From Candidatus Latescibacterota bacterium (GTDB lineage Bacteria; Latescibacterota; UBA2968; UBA8231), in the NCBI GenBank assembly GCA_965223905.1, contig CBDCXV010000009.1, forward strand, positions 512,001 through 576,000: DNA of 64,000 nt, written 5' to 3'. The position numbers and the translations under genes are program-made. The notes under the pieces are model-generated. The model did not search any database. It worked only from the letters and a program-made list of their open reading frames with translations, and was not told the origin of the DNA. Of this stretch, positions 1 through 10,675 are shown in pieces. Positions within the stretch are counted from its first letter, which is position 1, and every line of letters starts with the position of its first letter.

Positions 1-692
1 CGGCCCTCGCCCACCTGCAATCCGGCAACATCGCCCCGGTTGATCTCGCCCAGGCCGCCATCGGCCCCGGCATGGCGGTCTACACCCGCTACGCCAAGGT
101 GCTCGACGCCCAGGGCAACCCCGTGTCCGTGCGCGACGCCCTGGCTCTGATCAACCATACCCTCGACGAGGTCCTGGCCGAGCAGGAAGGGGAATTCGAC
201 GCCGACACGCGCTGGGCCCTGGCCTGGTTCGAGCAGCAGGGCTTCACCGCCGGCGAGTACGGCGTGGCCGAGACCCTGTCCACTGCCAAGAACACCAGCG
301 TCGCGGGGATGGTGGAGGCGGGCATACTGGAGTCGAGGGCCGGCAAGGTGCGGCTGCTCCGCCCCGAAGAGCTGCCCGAGGACTGGGATCCGGCCGCCGA
401 CCGCCGGCTTCCCGTCTGGGAGGTCGTCCACCACCTCGTGCGCGTTCTGGAATCCCACGGCGAGACAGGGGCAGCCCGCCTCGTCAGGCAACTCGGCGGC
501 GTCGCCGAAACCGCCCGCGAGCTCGCCTACCGCCTGTACACGGTGGCGGAGCGCAAGAACCGCGCCGCGGAAGCGCTGTCCTACAACGCCCTGGTCCAGA
601 GCTGGCCGGAGATCGCGCGCCTGGCGCGGCAGGAAGCGCCGGACGAGCAGGGCGGACTGTTCGGAGAAGATGATCCGGCAGGTGGAACATGA
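1..692 (+). CDS. DUF1156-family DNA methyltransferase, C-terminal part (5' end outside window)
   Basis: Open frame from base 3: ...NIAPVDLAQAAIGPGMAVYTRY...ARELAYRLY...YNALVQSW, a typical DUF1156 C-terminus; DUF499 partner gene lies downstream. Confidence 0.8.
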   Translation, partial: ALAHLQSGNIAPVDLAQAAIGPGMAVYTRYAKVLDAQGNPVSVRDALALINHTLDEVLAEQEGEFDADTRWALAWFEQQGFTAGEYGVAETLSTAKNTSVAGMVEAGILESRAGKVRLLRPEELPEDWDPAADRRLPVWEVVHHLVRVLESHGETGAARLVRQLGGVAETARELAYRLYTVAERKNRAAEALSYNALVQSWPEIARLARQEAPDEQGGLFGEDDPAGGT

Positions 693-1339
693 GCGCGGTC
701 CATGGATCGTGGTGCAATGCGGTTACCTGGCGGACCAAGTGCCGTTACTGCAGAGAACAAATCTTCTTCTTTCACTGCGACTGCGGATCGGGGGTTTTCT
801 TCGACGAATTGGGGCCTCCTTGGCCTATCCATGACTGCGACACATCCTGGGCGCGTAACCTGAACCGTTAGAAAGACGATTCCGGCGGGCTCAACGTTGA
901 AATCGCACCGGGAATCACGGTCCGGCGGGCACCGGAGGGATCGATAGACCACGGGGTTGTATCGAGAGCCGTACGCCAAGAAAGGCGGCCCGATCCCATA
1001 CAGGCGGTAAAACCGGAAGGCCCTGAGGATATCACTGTAATCGGAATACTCAGGGAACTGCAGGTTGAAGTCGATGTGGCACCATCACTGAGGCTGCCGG
1101 AGACTTCGATGGCATCTGGATTTCTGGGAAAACTGGCGACCGGGAGATGGGGGAAGGTCACCATACACGCCCAGTCACCAGACGAGGATGTGCTCAACAG
1201 TTACACCGTCTGGGTGCGAAGCGAAGCTTTATCAGAGGTGGGGAATTCCCGGGGCCTAACGGTCGAAGCCAAAATTTCCTCTCAATTCATCCCTATAGTT
1301 GGGAATGTCTGGGTAGGCAGTTTCTACGAGGTGCTTTGA
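689..1339 (+). pseudogene. Cys/His-rich (zinc-finger-like) hypothetical protein interrupted by in-frame TAG at 869-871
   Basis: ORFs 689..871 and 1076..1339 are in the same frame and separated only by the TAG; CxxC, HCxC and HxC motifs; ATGA overlap with the upstream gene. Confidence 0.55.
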
Positions 1340-1437
1340 TGAACCAATTCAGAGGAGGATGGCTCATTTCTTCGTCATGCCAGTCTCCTACGCCCAACCA
1401 GCTATCCGAAACAGGTTGACGGTGCCCTGACACACCC

Positions 1438-2652
1438 ATGAATGCCCGACCAGACATCAGCGGCCGAGACATCGTGTTGGGACAAGGCTTGGCACCGATT
1501 CCGGAACGCCTACTCCTCGCCCACGCGCGAGGTGAGGTTCTCTTCATTGCAGGTGCCGGCGTTTCACAGTCCGCAGAATTGCCAGACTTTCGCAAGCTGG
1601 TCGTCAAGGTGTACGAAGAGCTGGATTTAGGGATGCATTCCGTTATTTCCAGAATCTCCTTCCTGAATGACAGCCCAAATCCAGATCTATCGAACTTGCA
1701 GAATTGGCAAAAGGCCGAGGTACGGCGTTTCAAGAAAGGGGAATACGATGTCGTCCTGGGCATGCTTGAGCGGAGACTGGAAGGTCAAGAGAAGTCCCAG
1801 AGTCAGGTCAGGAGGATCGTCAGAGAAACACTTCGCCCGACTGGCCTGAAGCCAGCCCCAATTCATGGAAATTTGATGCGTCTTGCCGACCGCGGTGCCG
1901 CGGTAGCAATCATCACGACGAATTTCGACCTGCTCTTTGAAGACGCGGCGAGTAAAATGAGATCCCCGGTCCAGACGTACGCACTTGGAGGCATACCGAG
2001 ACCCAGACCGCCATCGAATCCAGAATTCAATGGCGTGCTGCACATCCATGGTGCCTTGGACCGAAATCCCAATAGGACTTCTGAGCTGATCATTTCCGAT
2101 CAGGACTTCGGCGAGTTCTATCTGCGCAGGCGGATTGTTCCCGATCTGATTTACGACGCCGCACGCTTGTATAACCTGGTACTCGTGGGTTACAGCGCCA
2201 ACGACCCACCAATGAGGTACCTGCTGAACGCTGTCGCTGCGGATGTAGCGCGCTTCCCCGACCTTAAGGAACGATTCGTATTTGTAGGACTGAGGAAAGA
2301 CGATCCCGTAGAACTGGACGACTGGAGGGCTCGAGGGATTACACCGATTCGTTACGAAGTTAAAGATAATGACCACTCCCATCTTCAGCATACACTGGCT
2401 CGATGGGCGGGATTTTCCGCAATAAATGGCAACAGAACCCTAGTCGATCGCGAGCTGAAAAAAATGGTGAGGGTCAGAAGGGCGGAGGCTAGCGACGAAG
2501 AGCGGGATTTATTCGACCACTTGATCCGACGCAGTGAGACAAACGAACGAATTCGTTTGTCCAAGCTTGCCTCCAGGCACAAAGCGGATTTGGGATGGCT
2601 CGACGGCATCGTAGCCGTGTCGTCGGAGGAAAGCGGGAAGGGCAACCGATGA
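1438..2652 (+). CDS. SIR2-family (sirtuin/NADase) protein, Dsr1-like N-terminal half
   Basis: GAGVS, TTNFD, LHIHG and VGYSANDP SIR2 motifs. Confidence 0.85.
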   Translation: MNARPDISGRDIVLGQGLAPIPERLLLAHARGEVLFIAGAGVSQSAELPDFRKLVVKVYEELDLGMHSVISRISFLNDSPNPDLSNLQNWQKAEVRRFKKGEYDVVLGMLERRLEGQEKSQSQVRRIVRETLRPTGLKPAPIHGNLMRLADRGAAVAIITTNFDLLFEDAASKMRSPVQTYALGGIPRPRPPSNPEFNGVLHIHGALDRNPNRTSELIISDQDFGEFYLRRRIVPDLIYDAARLYNLVLVGYSANDPPMRYLLNAVAADVARFPDLKERFVFVGLRKDDPVELDDWRARGITPIRYEVKDNDHSHLQHTLARWAGFSAINGNRTLVDRELKKMVRVRRAEASDEERDLFDHLIRRSETNERIRLSKLASRHKADLGWLDGIVAVSSEESGKGNR

Positions 2653-5384
2653 GACTGCTCCAGCTAAGTCTCAATGCCAGAGATCAAGGGACGGTGGGTT
2701 CTACAGCCGCATTTCTCGAGAGTCGTCTCGAGGAAAAAGGAACTATCGAGTGGGCATTACGTCTTGGTTCAAACGACATCGTAAAGCGCATTGCAACGCT
2801 GTGGTTGCTAAACCGAAAGGAAGGAATAGCCCTCCGGGAACCTTGGCGATCAGCATGGCGAATAATTGAGGAAAGCTGGAATCACCCGACCGTCCGGTAT
2901 GATTTAAGACGGAATGAATACATAGTAAAGGATCGATTATCCTCTGGAGAGAGGTCCGATTCTCTCGTCTCCGCAATCGTCGATCTCGTTGCGCCGAGGT
3001 TAGTTCTCAAATCCTACGGTACCCGGGAACGTGAACTCTATAAAATCCCAAAGCGCCCGAGAACGTTCCACCATCTTTTTCGTTCAAGTTTGAGTTGCGG
3101 GAAAACGATCGATCCGAGTTTTCTTGGATTGGACCGGTTGATGGATGGTGAATTCATCCTTTCTCTTGCCAACGCTCTAGACGCCGCTGTTGTGCGTGGA
3201 CTGAACCTTGCACGCGGCATAGGCTGGGCCCATACACACCTCCACTTGCGTCGTGTATATCACGTATCGGAACCTGAACGTAGCGAAGAAACATATGAGC
3301 CAGATGAATTCAACCAGGATATCGCACCGCCGGTGAAGCTTCTTTACGCAGTTGCTTCCCAGCTCATAGAAGTCGACAGCTCCGCAGCTCAGGGTTTTGT
3401 CAGTCGATGGAACCGAAAAGACTCCCCGATTCATTTGCGGCTTTGGGCCGCAATGTCCCGTGATCCACGGGTAACGTCTGCAAAAGCGGTAGGTGACTTT
3501 CTCCTACGCTTGAATTACCGGCTATTTTGGGACGTGCATCACCATCCTGAAATAACCGAACTTCGCGCCCGGCGCTTTTCCGAGTTGGGCGATTCTACAC
3601 AAAAAAGGGTCACCAAAAGAATACGGAGGGGTCCACCCCGCCGGTTCTGGCCTGAAAATGAAAATGCGGACTCTGACCGCGTTGATGAGGCTCGTCTATA
3701 TTGGATTGTTCGCGAACTTAAACGGATTGAAGTCGCCGGAGGAACATTGCCACAAGCGGACCGGGTTTGGCTTGAAACGAACATTGTCCGGTTCTCCGGT
3801 TTAGCTGAAATGAACCGGATCGATGAGGGATTTCTGGATTTACCGAAGGGGGAATCGTTGCCCGCAGACCCAGTCCTTTCACTGGATACCTGTAAAGATA
3901 TTGATCGGTTAAGGACACTGGATCAGGCATTCACACCTCCCCGTAGTGGATGGGTTGATGATCCGGGGGAGCTGTCATGGGACTGGCTCAGGGAAAAAGG
4001 CAACGCTCTGAAGGTCTTGAAGGATTTTGAAGCAAGCCCCAGTGGCGGAGCGGAATTCCCGAAGGTCTGGGAACGCTTTGGGTGGGCACACTCGCCTCCA
4101 GAGGACCAACAGCAGGAAACCAATGAGAGGGATTTACCCTCTGAGGCATGTAGGGTTTTGGAACTACTTCAGAAGTTGCCTGAAGAGACCCTATCAAAAG
4201 CTATTGATGGCATTACCCACTGGCTTAGTGCTTGGCAAAAATACGTTGTAGACTTGCCCAACTGGTCTGCTGTCTGGTACCGTGTCTGGCCGTTAGCCGT
4301 TGCGAAAACAAACGGAATCCAGCCACTGAACGGAGACTCTACCTCTCACACCGAAGTAAGCCTCCATCTCGACAGAGACTGGGATCACGATATCCTAAAC
4401 ACCTCCGCAGGCAAGCTCGTTGGGGTTTTTCTTACAGGCTGCCCTGACCTTGTAATCGATTCCAAACCATTTGATTGCTCCAGCGAATTGCACAAGATGA
4501 GGGCTCAGGTTGTCAACATTTCCGGACGGGCGCGATTAATCGCGAAGCTTCGTATGATCTTGGACTTGGAATATTTCCTGAAAGCCGACCAAGAATGGAC
4601 GGAAAATCATCTTATTGAGCCCCTTCGTGCAGACGAGGACGAGGCATTGGTGCTCTGGAGTGCCATCGGTGGGCGGAGGCGATTTCGAGGAGTATTGGAA
4701 ATAATAGAAAGCGACATGGTTGAACGATCTACGGATGCCCGACTTGATCGCGAGACCCGCCGTTCACTTGCATTCAGCCTTGTGGTCGAGTCCCTGCATG
4801 CCCTTCGCGAAAGGCGGGAACCAGCAGTCCCGTATGACCAGATCCAGCAAATGATACGGTCCTTGGAAGCCGAAGTTCGTACATACTGCGCAGAAACGAT
4901 AACCCGTTTCGTGAATGATCTTTCGGAACCAAGCGACCAGGAACCCGACCCTCCGTCACGAGAAGATCTATTCCTATCCGCTGCAAAGCCCTTTTTGGTA
5001 CAGGTCTGGCCACAAGAGCGTTCCTTGGCGTCACCCGGGGTCAGCGCTGGGCTGTCCAGATTACCCGCGGCGGCTCGCGGCGAATTTGCGGAAGCAGTTA
5101 ACGCGGTCGAACGCTTTCTCATACCCTTCGATTGCTGGTCAATGCTCGAATATGGACTGTATGGCAACGACGACGACGAAATGCCAAAGCTCTCAATGAT
5201 TGAAGATGAAGCCAGGGCAGAGGCACTACTGGGCCTTCTGGATCGGACGGTGGGGACGGCTGAAGACTCGGTAATCCCTCTTGATCTGGGAGATGCACTT
5301 GATCAGATACGTGGAGTCGCCCCAAATCTTCCTCAAGCCTCGGAATACCGTCGCCTGGAGACAGCCGCTCGCCGGGCAGTATAG
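2649..5384 (+). CDS. Large (911 aa) partner of SIR2 protein, resembles Dsr1 C-terminal region
   Basis: ATG at 2649 overlaps the SIR2 stop (ATGA); long helical ORF; Dsr1 similarity is recalled, not searched. Confidence 0.6.
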   Translation: MRLLQLSLNARDQGTVGSTAAFLESRLEEKGTIEWALRLGSNDIVKRIATLWLLNRKEGIALREPWRSAWRIIEESWNHPTVRYDLRRNEYIVKDRLSSGERSDSLVSAIVDLVAPRLVLKSYGTRERELYKIPKRPRTFHHLFRSSLSCGKTIDPSFLGLDRLMDGEFILSLANALDAAVVRGLNLARGIGWAHTHLHLRRVYHVSEPERSEETYEPDEFNQDIAPPVKLLYAVASQLIEVDSSAAQGFVSRWNRKDSPIHLRLWAAMSRDPRVTSAKAVGDFLLRLNYRLFWDVHHHPEITELRARRFSELGDSTQKRVTKRIRRGPPRRFWPENENADSDRVDEARLYWIVRELKRIEVAGGTLPQADRVWLETNIVRFSGLAEMNRIDEGFLDLPKGESLPADPVLSLDTCKDIDRLRTLDQAFTPPRSGWVDDPGELSWDWLREKGNALKVLKDFEASPSGGAEFPKVWERFGWAHSPPEDQQQETNERDLPSEACRVLELLQKLPEETLSKAIDGITHWLSAWQKYVVDLPNWSAVWYRVWPLAVAKTNGIQPLNGDSTSHTEVSLHLDRDWDHDILNTSAGKLVGVFLTGCPDLVIDSKPFDCSSELHKMRAQVVNISGRARLIAKLRMILDLEYFLKADQEWTENHLIEPLRADEDEALVLWSAIGGRRRFRGVLEIIESDMVERSTDARLDRETRRSLAFSLVVESLHALRERREPAVPYDQIQQMIRSLEAEVRTYCAETITRFVNDLSEPSDQEPDPPSREDLFLSAAKPFLVQVWPQERSLASPGVSAGLSRLPAAARGEFAEAVNAVERFLIPFDCWSMLEYGLYGNDDDEMPKLSMIEDEARAEALLGLLDRTVGTAEDSVIPLDLGDALDQIRGVAPNLPQASEYRRLETAARRAV

Positions 5385-5438
5385 CAAGGCCCGTACCAGA
5401 AAGGCGGAGTAGTCGAGGCAACGCCCGAAAGAGAATGA

Positions 5439-6650
5439 ATGAACCTGCCTTACCCCACAACTACTCTCGAATCTCTGATGGCGGATCTCGAGTCCGAGTC
5501 CGTCGAGCGCAAGGAGTCGCTGCAAGGGGATGCCCCGACCCCGATTCGTCAAGCCGTCTGCGCATTTGCCAACGACTTGGCCGACCACCGGACGCCGGGG
5601 ATAGTCTTCGTGGGCGTGCGCGATGACGGAACCCCGACCGGTCTCCATATCACCGATGAACTGCTACTCCAACTCGCCGATATCAAGACCGACGGCAACA
5701 TCGTGCCGCCGCCCACGTTGTCGGTCGACAAGCACGTCCTTTCGGGCAAGGCGGTGGCCGTTGTCTCTGTTAAACCTTCGGATTCTCCTCCGGTGCGCTT
5801 TCGGGGGCAAGTCTGGATTCGCGTTGGGCCCCGGCGTGGTATCGCGAGTGCCCAGGATGAGAGGATCCTGAACGAGAAGAGACGGCATCGCGATCCTCAT
5901 TTCGATGCTCACCCCGTTTCCACCGCCAGCCTCAACGACCTGGACCTGCGTCGTTTCGACGAGGAGTACCTGCCTTCAGCCTTTGATCGCGCGATCCTTG
6001 CCGTCAACGACCGCAGCACCGAAGAGCGTCTCGCCGCCACCAAGATGATCGCCTCGGTCGATGATCCCGCGCCGACGGTAACGGGCCTCCTCGTCCTGGG
6101 AACGCGGCCCCGGGAATTCCTCCCAGGCGCCTATGTGCAGTTTCTCCGCATTGCCGGGAAGGAGTGGGGTGACCCGGTTGAGGACGAGGTCCGTTGCGAC
6201 GGACCGATTGCCCATCTGGTAGCACGTCTGGATGACAAGCTCCTCGCTCACAACCACATGGCCGTGGACTTCACCTCCGCCCCCGTGGAAACACGCCAGC
6301 CGACCTACCCTATCGCGGCCTTGCAGCAGCTTGTGCGCAACGCGGTCATGCACCGCACCTACGAGGGAACCAACAGTCCTGTCCGGGTGTACTGGTTCGA
6401 TGACCGCATCGAAATCTCAAGCCCGGGGGGCCCCTTTGGCATCGTTACAGTGGAATCGTTCGGGCAACCTGGTGTCGTGGATTACCGCAACCCCAATCTG
6501 GCGGAGGCCATGCGTGTCCTCGGCCTCGTACAACGATACGGCTTCGGCATTCCCACGGCGCGGCGGGAATTGAAGGAAAACGGGCAGCCGGAGCCGGCGT
6601 TCGAGGTCCAACCCAACTGGGTCCAATGCACGGTGAAGGCGAGGCTATGA
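5439..6650 (+). CDS. AlbA_2 (Schlafen-like) + HATPase_c_4 domain protein
   Basis: ESESVERKES, CAFAN, GIVFVGVRDDG; NAVMHRTY, RIEISSPG, RNPNLAE, GFGI. Confidence 0.85.
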   Translation: MNLPYPTTTLESLMADLESESVERKESLQGDAPTPIRQAVCAFANDLADHRTPGIVFVGVRDDGTPTGLHITDELLLQLADIKTDGNIVPPPTLSVDKHVLSGKAVAVVSVKPSDSPPVRFRGQVWIRVGPRRGIASAQDERILNEKRRHRDPHFDAHPVSTASLNDLDLRRFDEEYLPSAFDRAILAVNDRSTEERLAATKMIASVDDPAPTVTGLLVLGTRPREFLPGAYVQFLRIAGKEWGDPVEDEVRCDGPIAHLVARLDDKLLAHNHMAVDFTSAPVETRQPTYPIAALQQLVRNAVMHRTYEGTNSPVRVYWFDDRIEISSPGGPFGIVTVESFGQPGVVDYRNPNLAEAMRVLGLVQRYGFGIPTARRELKENGQPEPAFEVQPNWVQCTVKARL

Positions 6651-7650
6651 GCATCCCTGTCCTGACTTTCTTCAACATCAAAAGAGGCGTTTGGAAGACG
6701 GCGCTGATCTATCACGTTGCTTCCATGCTGTCCAAGCTGGATCGTCCGGTGCTCGCCGCCGATCTCGACCCCCAGGCCAATCTGACGGCCGCTTTTCTGC
6801 AGGAAGGAGAACTGGAGAAACTGTGGGAACCATCCCCTGATGACACAATTGGGAAAACCATCTTCCAGTGCATCGAGCCGCTGAACGATGCAGGCGATAT
6901 CCGGGAGCCTTGCCTTCATCGGATCGACGATTACCTGCACCTCCTTCCTGGCGATCTCGCGCTCTCCGGTTTTGAGGACCTGCTTTCCGCAGAATGGCCC
7001 AACTGCCTAGGGAGCCAGAACCTCTACCGTCCCTTCCGGGTCATCACCTCGTTGTGGCAGGTGTTGCAGCAGGGGGCCCGCCAATGCGACGCCGATCTAA
7101 TCTTCGTCGACGTCGGCCCCAGTTTGGGGGCCATCAACCGGTCTGCTTTGATCGCCGCGGATTTTGTCGTCGTACCGCTGGGAGCAGACCTTTTTTCGCA
7201 GCAGGGTCTGCGCAACCTCGGCCCGGCGCTCAGGCGCTGGCGGGCCGATTGGGCAAGGCGGCGCGATAGCTGGGGCGAGCCGGCCTTCGACCTGCCGGCT
7301 GGAAACATGCACCCCATAGGTTACCTGGTTCAGCAGCACGGCGTGCGCCTGAGCCGCCCCATCCAGGCTAATGACCGCTGGGTGAAACGACGCCGGAGGA
7401 GTACGCGCGCAGCGTCCTGGGGACCGGACAAACGCCGCAATCGCTCACCTTGGAGACCGACGGCAACCGGATCGCTACGGTAAAGCACTTCCGCAGCCTG
7501 ATCCCGCTTGGACGGGAGGCCCGCAAACCTATCTTCGACCTGACCGTGGCCGACGGTGCCATCGGCAGCCACGCGGTGGCCGCCAGCGATGCTTTCCATG
7601 ACTTCAAGGAAATCACAGAGGAAATCCTGCGGCGCATAAGGGCCGACTGA
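6647..7650 (+). pseudogene. ParA/AAA_31-family ATPase with degenerate Walker A and a frameshift near 7390
   Basis: FFNIKRGVWKT instead of KGGVGKT; DLDPQANLT; DVGPSLG; C-terminus (PEEYARSVL...KPIFDLTVADGAIGSH) continues in another frame to TGA 7650. Confidence 0.7.
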
Positions 7651-7682
7651 GCCGGAGATCACAAGAAAAAAGGAACGACACC

Positions 7683-8810
7683 ATGAATGAGGAAAACCGA
7701 GACGACCGACTGCATCTTCCTAGCCTGTCAATTACCGGGTTCCGGGGGATTGATGCGCTCACCGTTGAGCGGTTGGGACGCGTGACGTTGCTGGCGGGGA
7801 GGAACAGCGTAGGCAAAACGACTGTGCTGGATGCGGTCCGGGCCTACGGGGCCCGGGGTCACCTTGATGTGTTGTCCAAGATGCTGGAAAGCAGTGAAGA
7901 GGTGGCTACACGTGTTAACGAGAGAGGTCAAGAGACGGTTGGCCCATATTGGGAGGCGATCTTCTACGGACGGGATGCTTCCGATGGGGCCACCTTATCG
8001 ATAGGCCCAAACAACGATCAGAATCGGCTTGAAATTGAAGCCGTCCGCCCAACAACGCTCCTTGCTGCTTGGCAAATCAGGTCACGTGGAATTCCGACAC
8101 GCAGTCTCAAATTTGTATTTCAAGGAGAGGAACTAGGAGAAACTGGACTATTCTGCCCTTACGCTTTGAGTACAAAAGTCTCCAGGAGCCGTCGCGTATA
8201 CCAATCATCAGGATGGACTTTTGGAAAAGTCCCCGCCGAAATTACGTGCGAGTCCATAGGACCTGGTCTGTTGAACAACAACGAGATCCTTGAACGCTGG
8301 AATGTAATCGCATTAACTGACGATGAGGACCGGGTGGTGAATGCTTTGCAGCCCATCCTCGGCGGCGAAGTGAGTCGCATTGCGATCATCGGAGATGAAA
8401 AATACGATTCACGAGCAGTGGCGAAGCTCCAGGGGCAGGAGTTTCCAGTACCCCTCAGAAGCTTTGGTGACGGCGCCCAGCGTTTGTTCGGCGTCGCTTT
8501 GGCCATTGTCAACAGCAGGGACGGATTTCTGCTCATCGACGAAGCGGAAAACGGCATTCACCACTCCGTGCAGCGCGATTTCTGGCGCATGGTGTTGCTG
8601 GGAGCTCAAGATAACAACGTGCAGGTCATTGCGACGACGCACAGCTACGACTGTGTGCGCGGCTTTGCACAAGCGATGACCGAGTGCGAAGGGATCGAAG
8701 GGGCGCTCGTCCGCATTGAACGCGAGGACGGACACCTGCGCGCGGTCGAGTATTCAGAGCGCAACCTCAAGGCCATTGCCAAGCAACCCACTCCTGTTGA
8801 GGTGAGGTAG
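7683..8810 (+). CDS. AAA_21/ABC-type ATPase
   Basis: Walker A GRNSVGKT, signature FGDG, Walker B LLIDEAENGIH, ATTHS. Confidence 0.85.
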   Translation: MNEENRDDRLHLPSLSITGFRGIDALTVERLGRVTLLAGRNSVGKTTVLDAVRAYGARGHLDVLSKMLESSEEVATRVNERGQETVGPYWEAIFYGRDASDGATLSIGPNNDQNRLEIEAVRPTTLLAAWQIRSRGIPTRSLKFVFQGEELGETGLFCPYALSTKVSRSRRVYQSSGWTFGKVPAEITCESIGPGLLNNNEILERWNVIALTDDEDRVVNALQPILGGEVSRIAIIGDEKYDSRAVAKLQGQEFPVPLRSFGDGAQRLFGVALAIVNSRDGFLLIDEAENGIHHSVQRDFWRMVLLGAQDNNVQVIATTHSYDCVRGFAQAMTECEGIEGALVRIEREDGHLRAVEYSERNLKAIAKQPTPVEVR

Positions 8811-8814
8811 ATGT

Positions 8815-9420
8815 ATGCCTGGTAAGGACCGCGTTCTTCTCGTCGAGGGGCCGGATGACGAGCACGTCGTCCGGCATCTTTCCATTCGCCACGAAGGGAT
8901 GCCCCAATTCTGCATTCTGCAGAAGGAAGGAATAGAAAATCTGCTCGATTTCATGGGCTTGGAGATTCTGGAACCCGGCCGCAGGGCCGTCGGTATCCTC
9001 GTGGACGCCAACGAGGATCTTACCGCTCGGTGGAGTGCTGTCGCCAACAGGCTTCGAGAGGAACATATCGAGGTGCCTGACGGTCCCGAGACAGGCGGCA
9101 GCATTGTGGACGGCTCTCCACGAATTGGCATCTGGTTGATGCCGGATAATTCTTCGCCAGGGGAGCTCGAGGATTTCGTCTCGGAAATGATCCCCGCCGA
9201 CGATCCAGTTTGGCCGTTAGCCCAGGACTACATCGACGGAATACCGAGGGAAGACCGGAAGTTTACCGAGAAAAAGATTCAGCGGGCAAAGCTCCATGCC
9301 TGGCTGTCAACCAGGGAGGATCCCAGACCGATGGGTGTCGCCATCCGCACGGGGGATTTGAGGGTGGATGGAAAACTCAGCACAACATTCGCGGACTGGC
9401 TGCGGAAGCTGTTCAATTGA
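8815..9420 (+). CDS. DUF3226 (TOPRIM-like) protein
   Basis: VLLVEGPDD, GILVDAN, IWLMPDN..GELEDF, KAKLHAWL-like motifs; follows AAA ATPase. Confidence 0.75.
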   Translation: MPGKDRVLLVEGPDDEHVVRHLSIRHEGMPQFCILQKEGIENLLDFMGLEILEPGRRAVGILVDANEDLTARWSAVANRLREEHIEVPDGPETGGSIVDGSPRIGIWLMPDNSSPGELEDFVSEMIPADDPVWPLAQDYIDGIPREDRKFTEKKIQRAKLHAWLSTREDPRPMGVAIRTGDLRVDGKLSTTFADWLRKLFN

Positions 9421-9445
9421 ATTGGTTTGGTACCAGTACCACATC

Positions 9446-10675
9446 ATGAGTTCTGCTGAACTGAATCTTGCCCGCCGACTCCGGCTCGGAGATGACTCGC
9501 CTCTGGAGGTCATGCGCGTCCTGCTGTCCGGTAGCCTCGTCACCAGCCCGGACCGAAACGAACTGGCCGACCAGCTCGCCGCCTTTGCCAACTCACGTGG
9601 GGGAACCCTCGTCATGGGAGTGGACGACGCCACCCACGAGGTTCTGGGCATCCCATTGGATTCCCTGGATGCGGTGGAGACCTGGGCCCGTGAAATCTGC
9701 AACGATTCCGTGAAACCCGCGCTCGACGTCGACATCCTGAAGCTCGAATTGCCGGACACTTCCGGAACACTCGTTCCGGTCGTCCGCATCGAGGTCCCCC
9801 GCGGCCTGTTCGTTCACGAGAGTCCGGGCGGATACTTCCACAGGACGGTCAGGTCGAAGCGAGAAATGGCACCCGATGTGCTGGCCCGGCTCTTCCACGA
9901 ACGCAGCCAAGGCGGTATGATCCGCTTCGACGAATCGCCGGTGCCCCGCACCGGGCCGGGCGATCTCGACTATTCCCTTACTCGCCGGTTCCTGCGGGAG
10001 GATTCTCAGGAGAGCGTCAACGAGGCGGCGGCACGAAAGCTCCGCCTCGTGGCCGATGACCAGGACGACGTCGCGCGACTCACGCTCGCCGGCGTTCTGC
10101 TGGGTACGCCCGAGCCGCAAAAGTGGCTACCCCACGCCTGCATACAGGCGGTCAGCTATGCGGGTGAGCGCACCGATGCCGACTATCAGACCGACGCCCG
10201 GGACATAGGGGAATCGCTCGACGAGCAGGTTGCGGAAGCCCTGTACTTTGTGCGGCGGAACATGCTGGTGCGGGCGACCAAGACGACGGCCCGGGTCGAG
10301 TGCCCGCAGTTCAGCGAACGGGCCGTTTTCGAGGCCCTGGTGAATGCCGTGGCTCACCGCGACTACTCCGTGGCAGGTTCCCGGATTCGTCTGCATCTCT
10401 TCGGAGACCGCCTCGAGCTCTACGTCCCCGGTGCCCTGGCGAATACCCTCTCGCCGGACAGTCTGCACCTGCGGCAGGCCAGCCGGAATGAACTCATCGC
10501 CTCCCTTTTGGGTCGCTGTCCTGCGCCCGGCGGTTTCGGCCGGACGCATTTGATGGACCGCCGCGGCGATGGCGTGCGGATTATCCGGGAAGAGTGCAGG
10601 CAGCTTTCGGGCCGCCTTCCTCAATACAACCTGGTTGACGACATCGAGTTGCGGTTGGTGATCCGGGCGGCATGA
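9446..10675 (+). CDS. Second AlbA_2 + HATPase_c_4 domain protein
   Basis: AAFANSRGGTLVMGVDD; EALVNAVAHRDY; RNELIASLL; MDRRGDG. Confidence 0.8.
   Translation: MSSAELNLARRLRLGDDSPLEVMRVLLSGSLVTSPDRNELADQLAAFANSRGGTLVMGVDDATHEVLGIPLDSLDAVETWAREICNDSVKPALDVDILKLELPDTSGTLVPVVRIEVPRGLFVHESPGGYFHRTVRSKREMAPDVLARLFHERSQGGMIRFDESPVPRTGPGDLDYSLTRRFLREDSQESVNEAAARKLRLVADDQDDVARLTLAGVLLGTPEPQKWLPHACIQAVSYAGERTDADYQTDARDIGESLDEQVAEALYFVRRNMLVRATKTTARVECPQFSERAVFEALVNAVAHRDYSVAGSRIRLHLFGDRLELYVPGALANTLSPDSLHLRQASRNELIASLLGRCPAPGGFGRTHLMDRRGDGVRIIREECRQLSGRLPQYNLVDDIELRLVIRAA

Noticed and set aside
869-871. Pyrrolysine/amber recoding
   Set aside because: TAG is a normal stop for many genes in the window and no pyl genes are present
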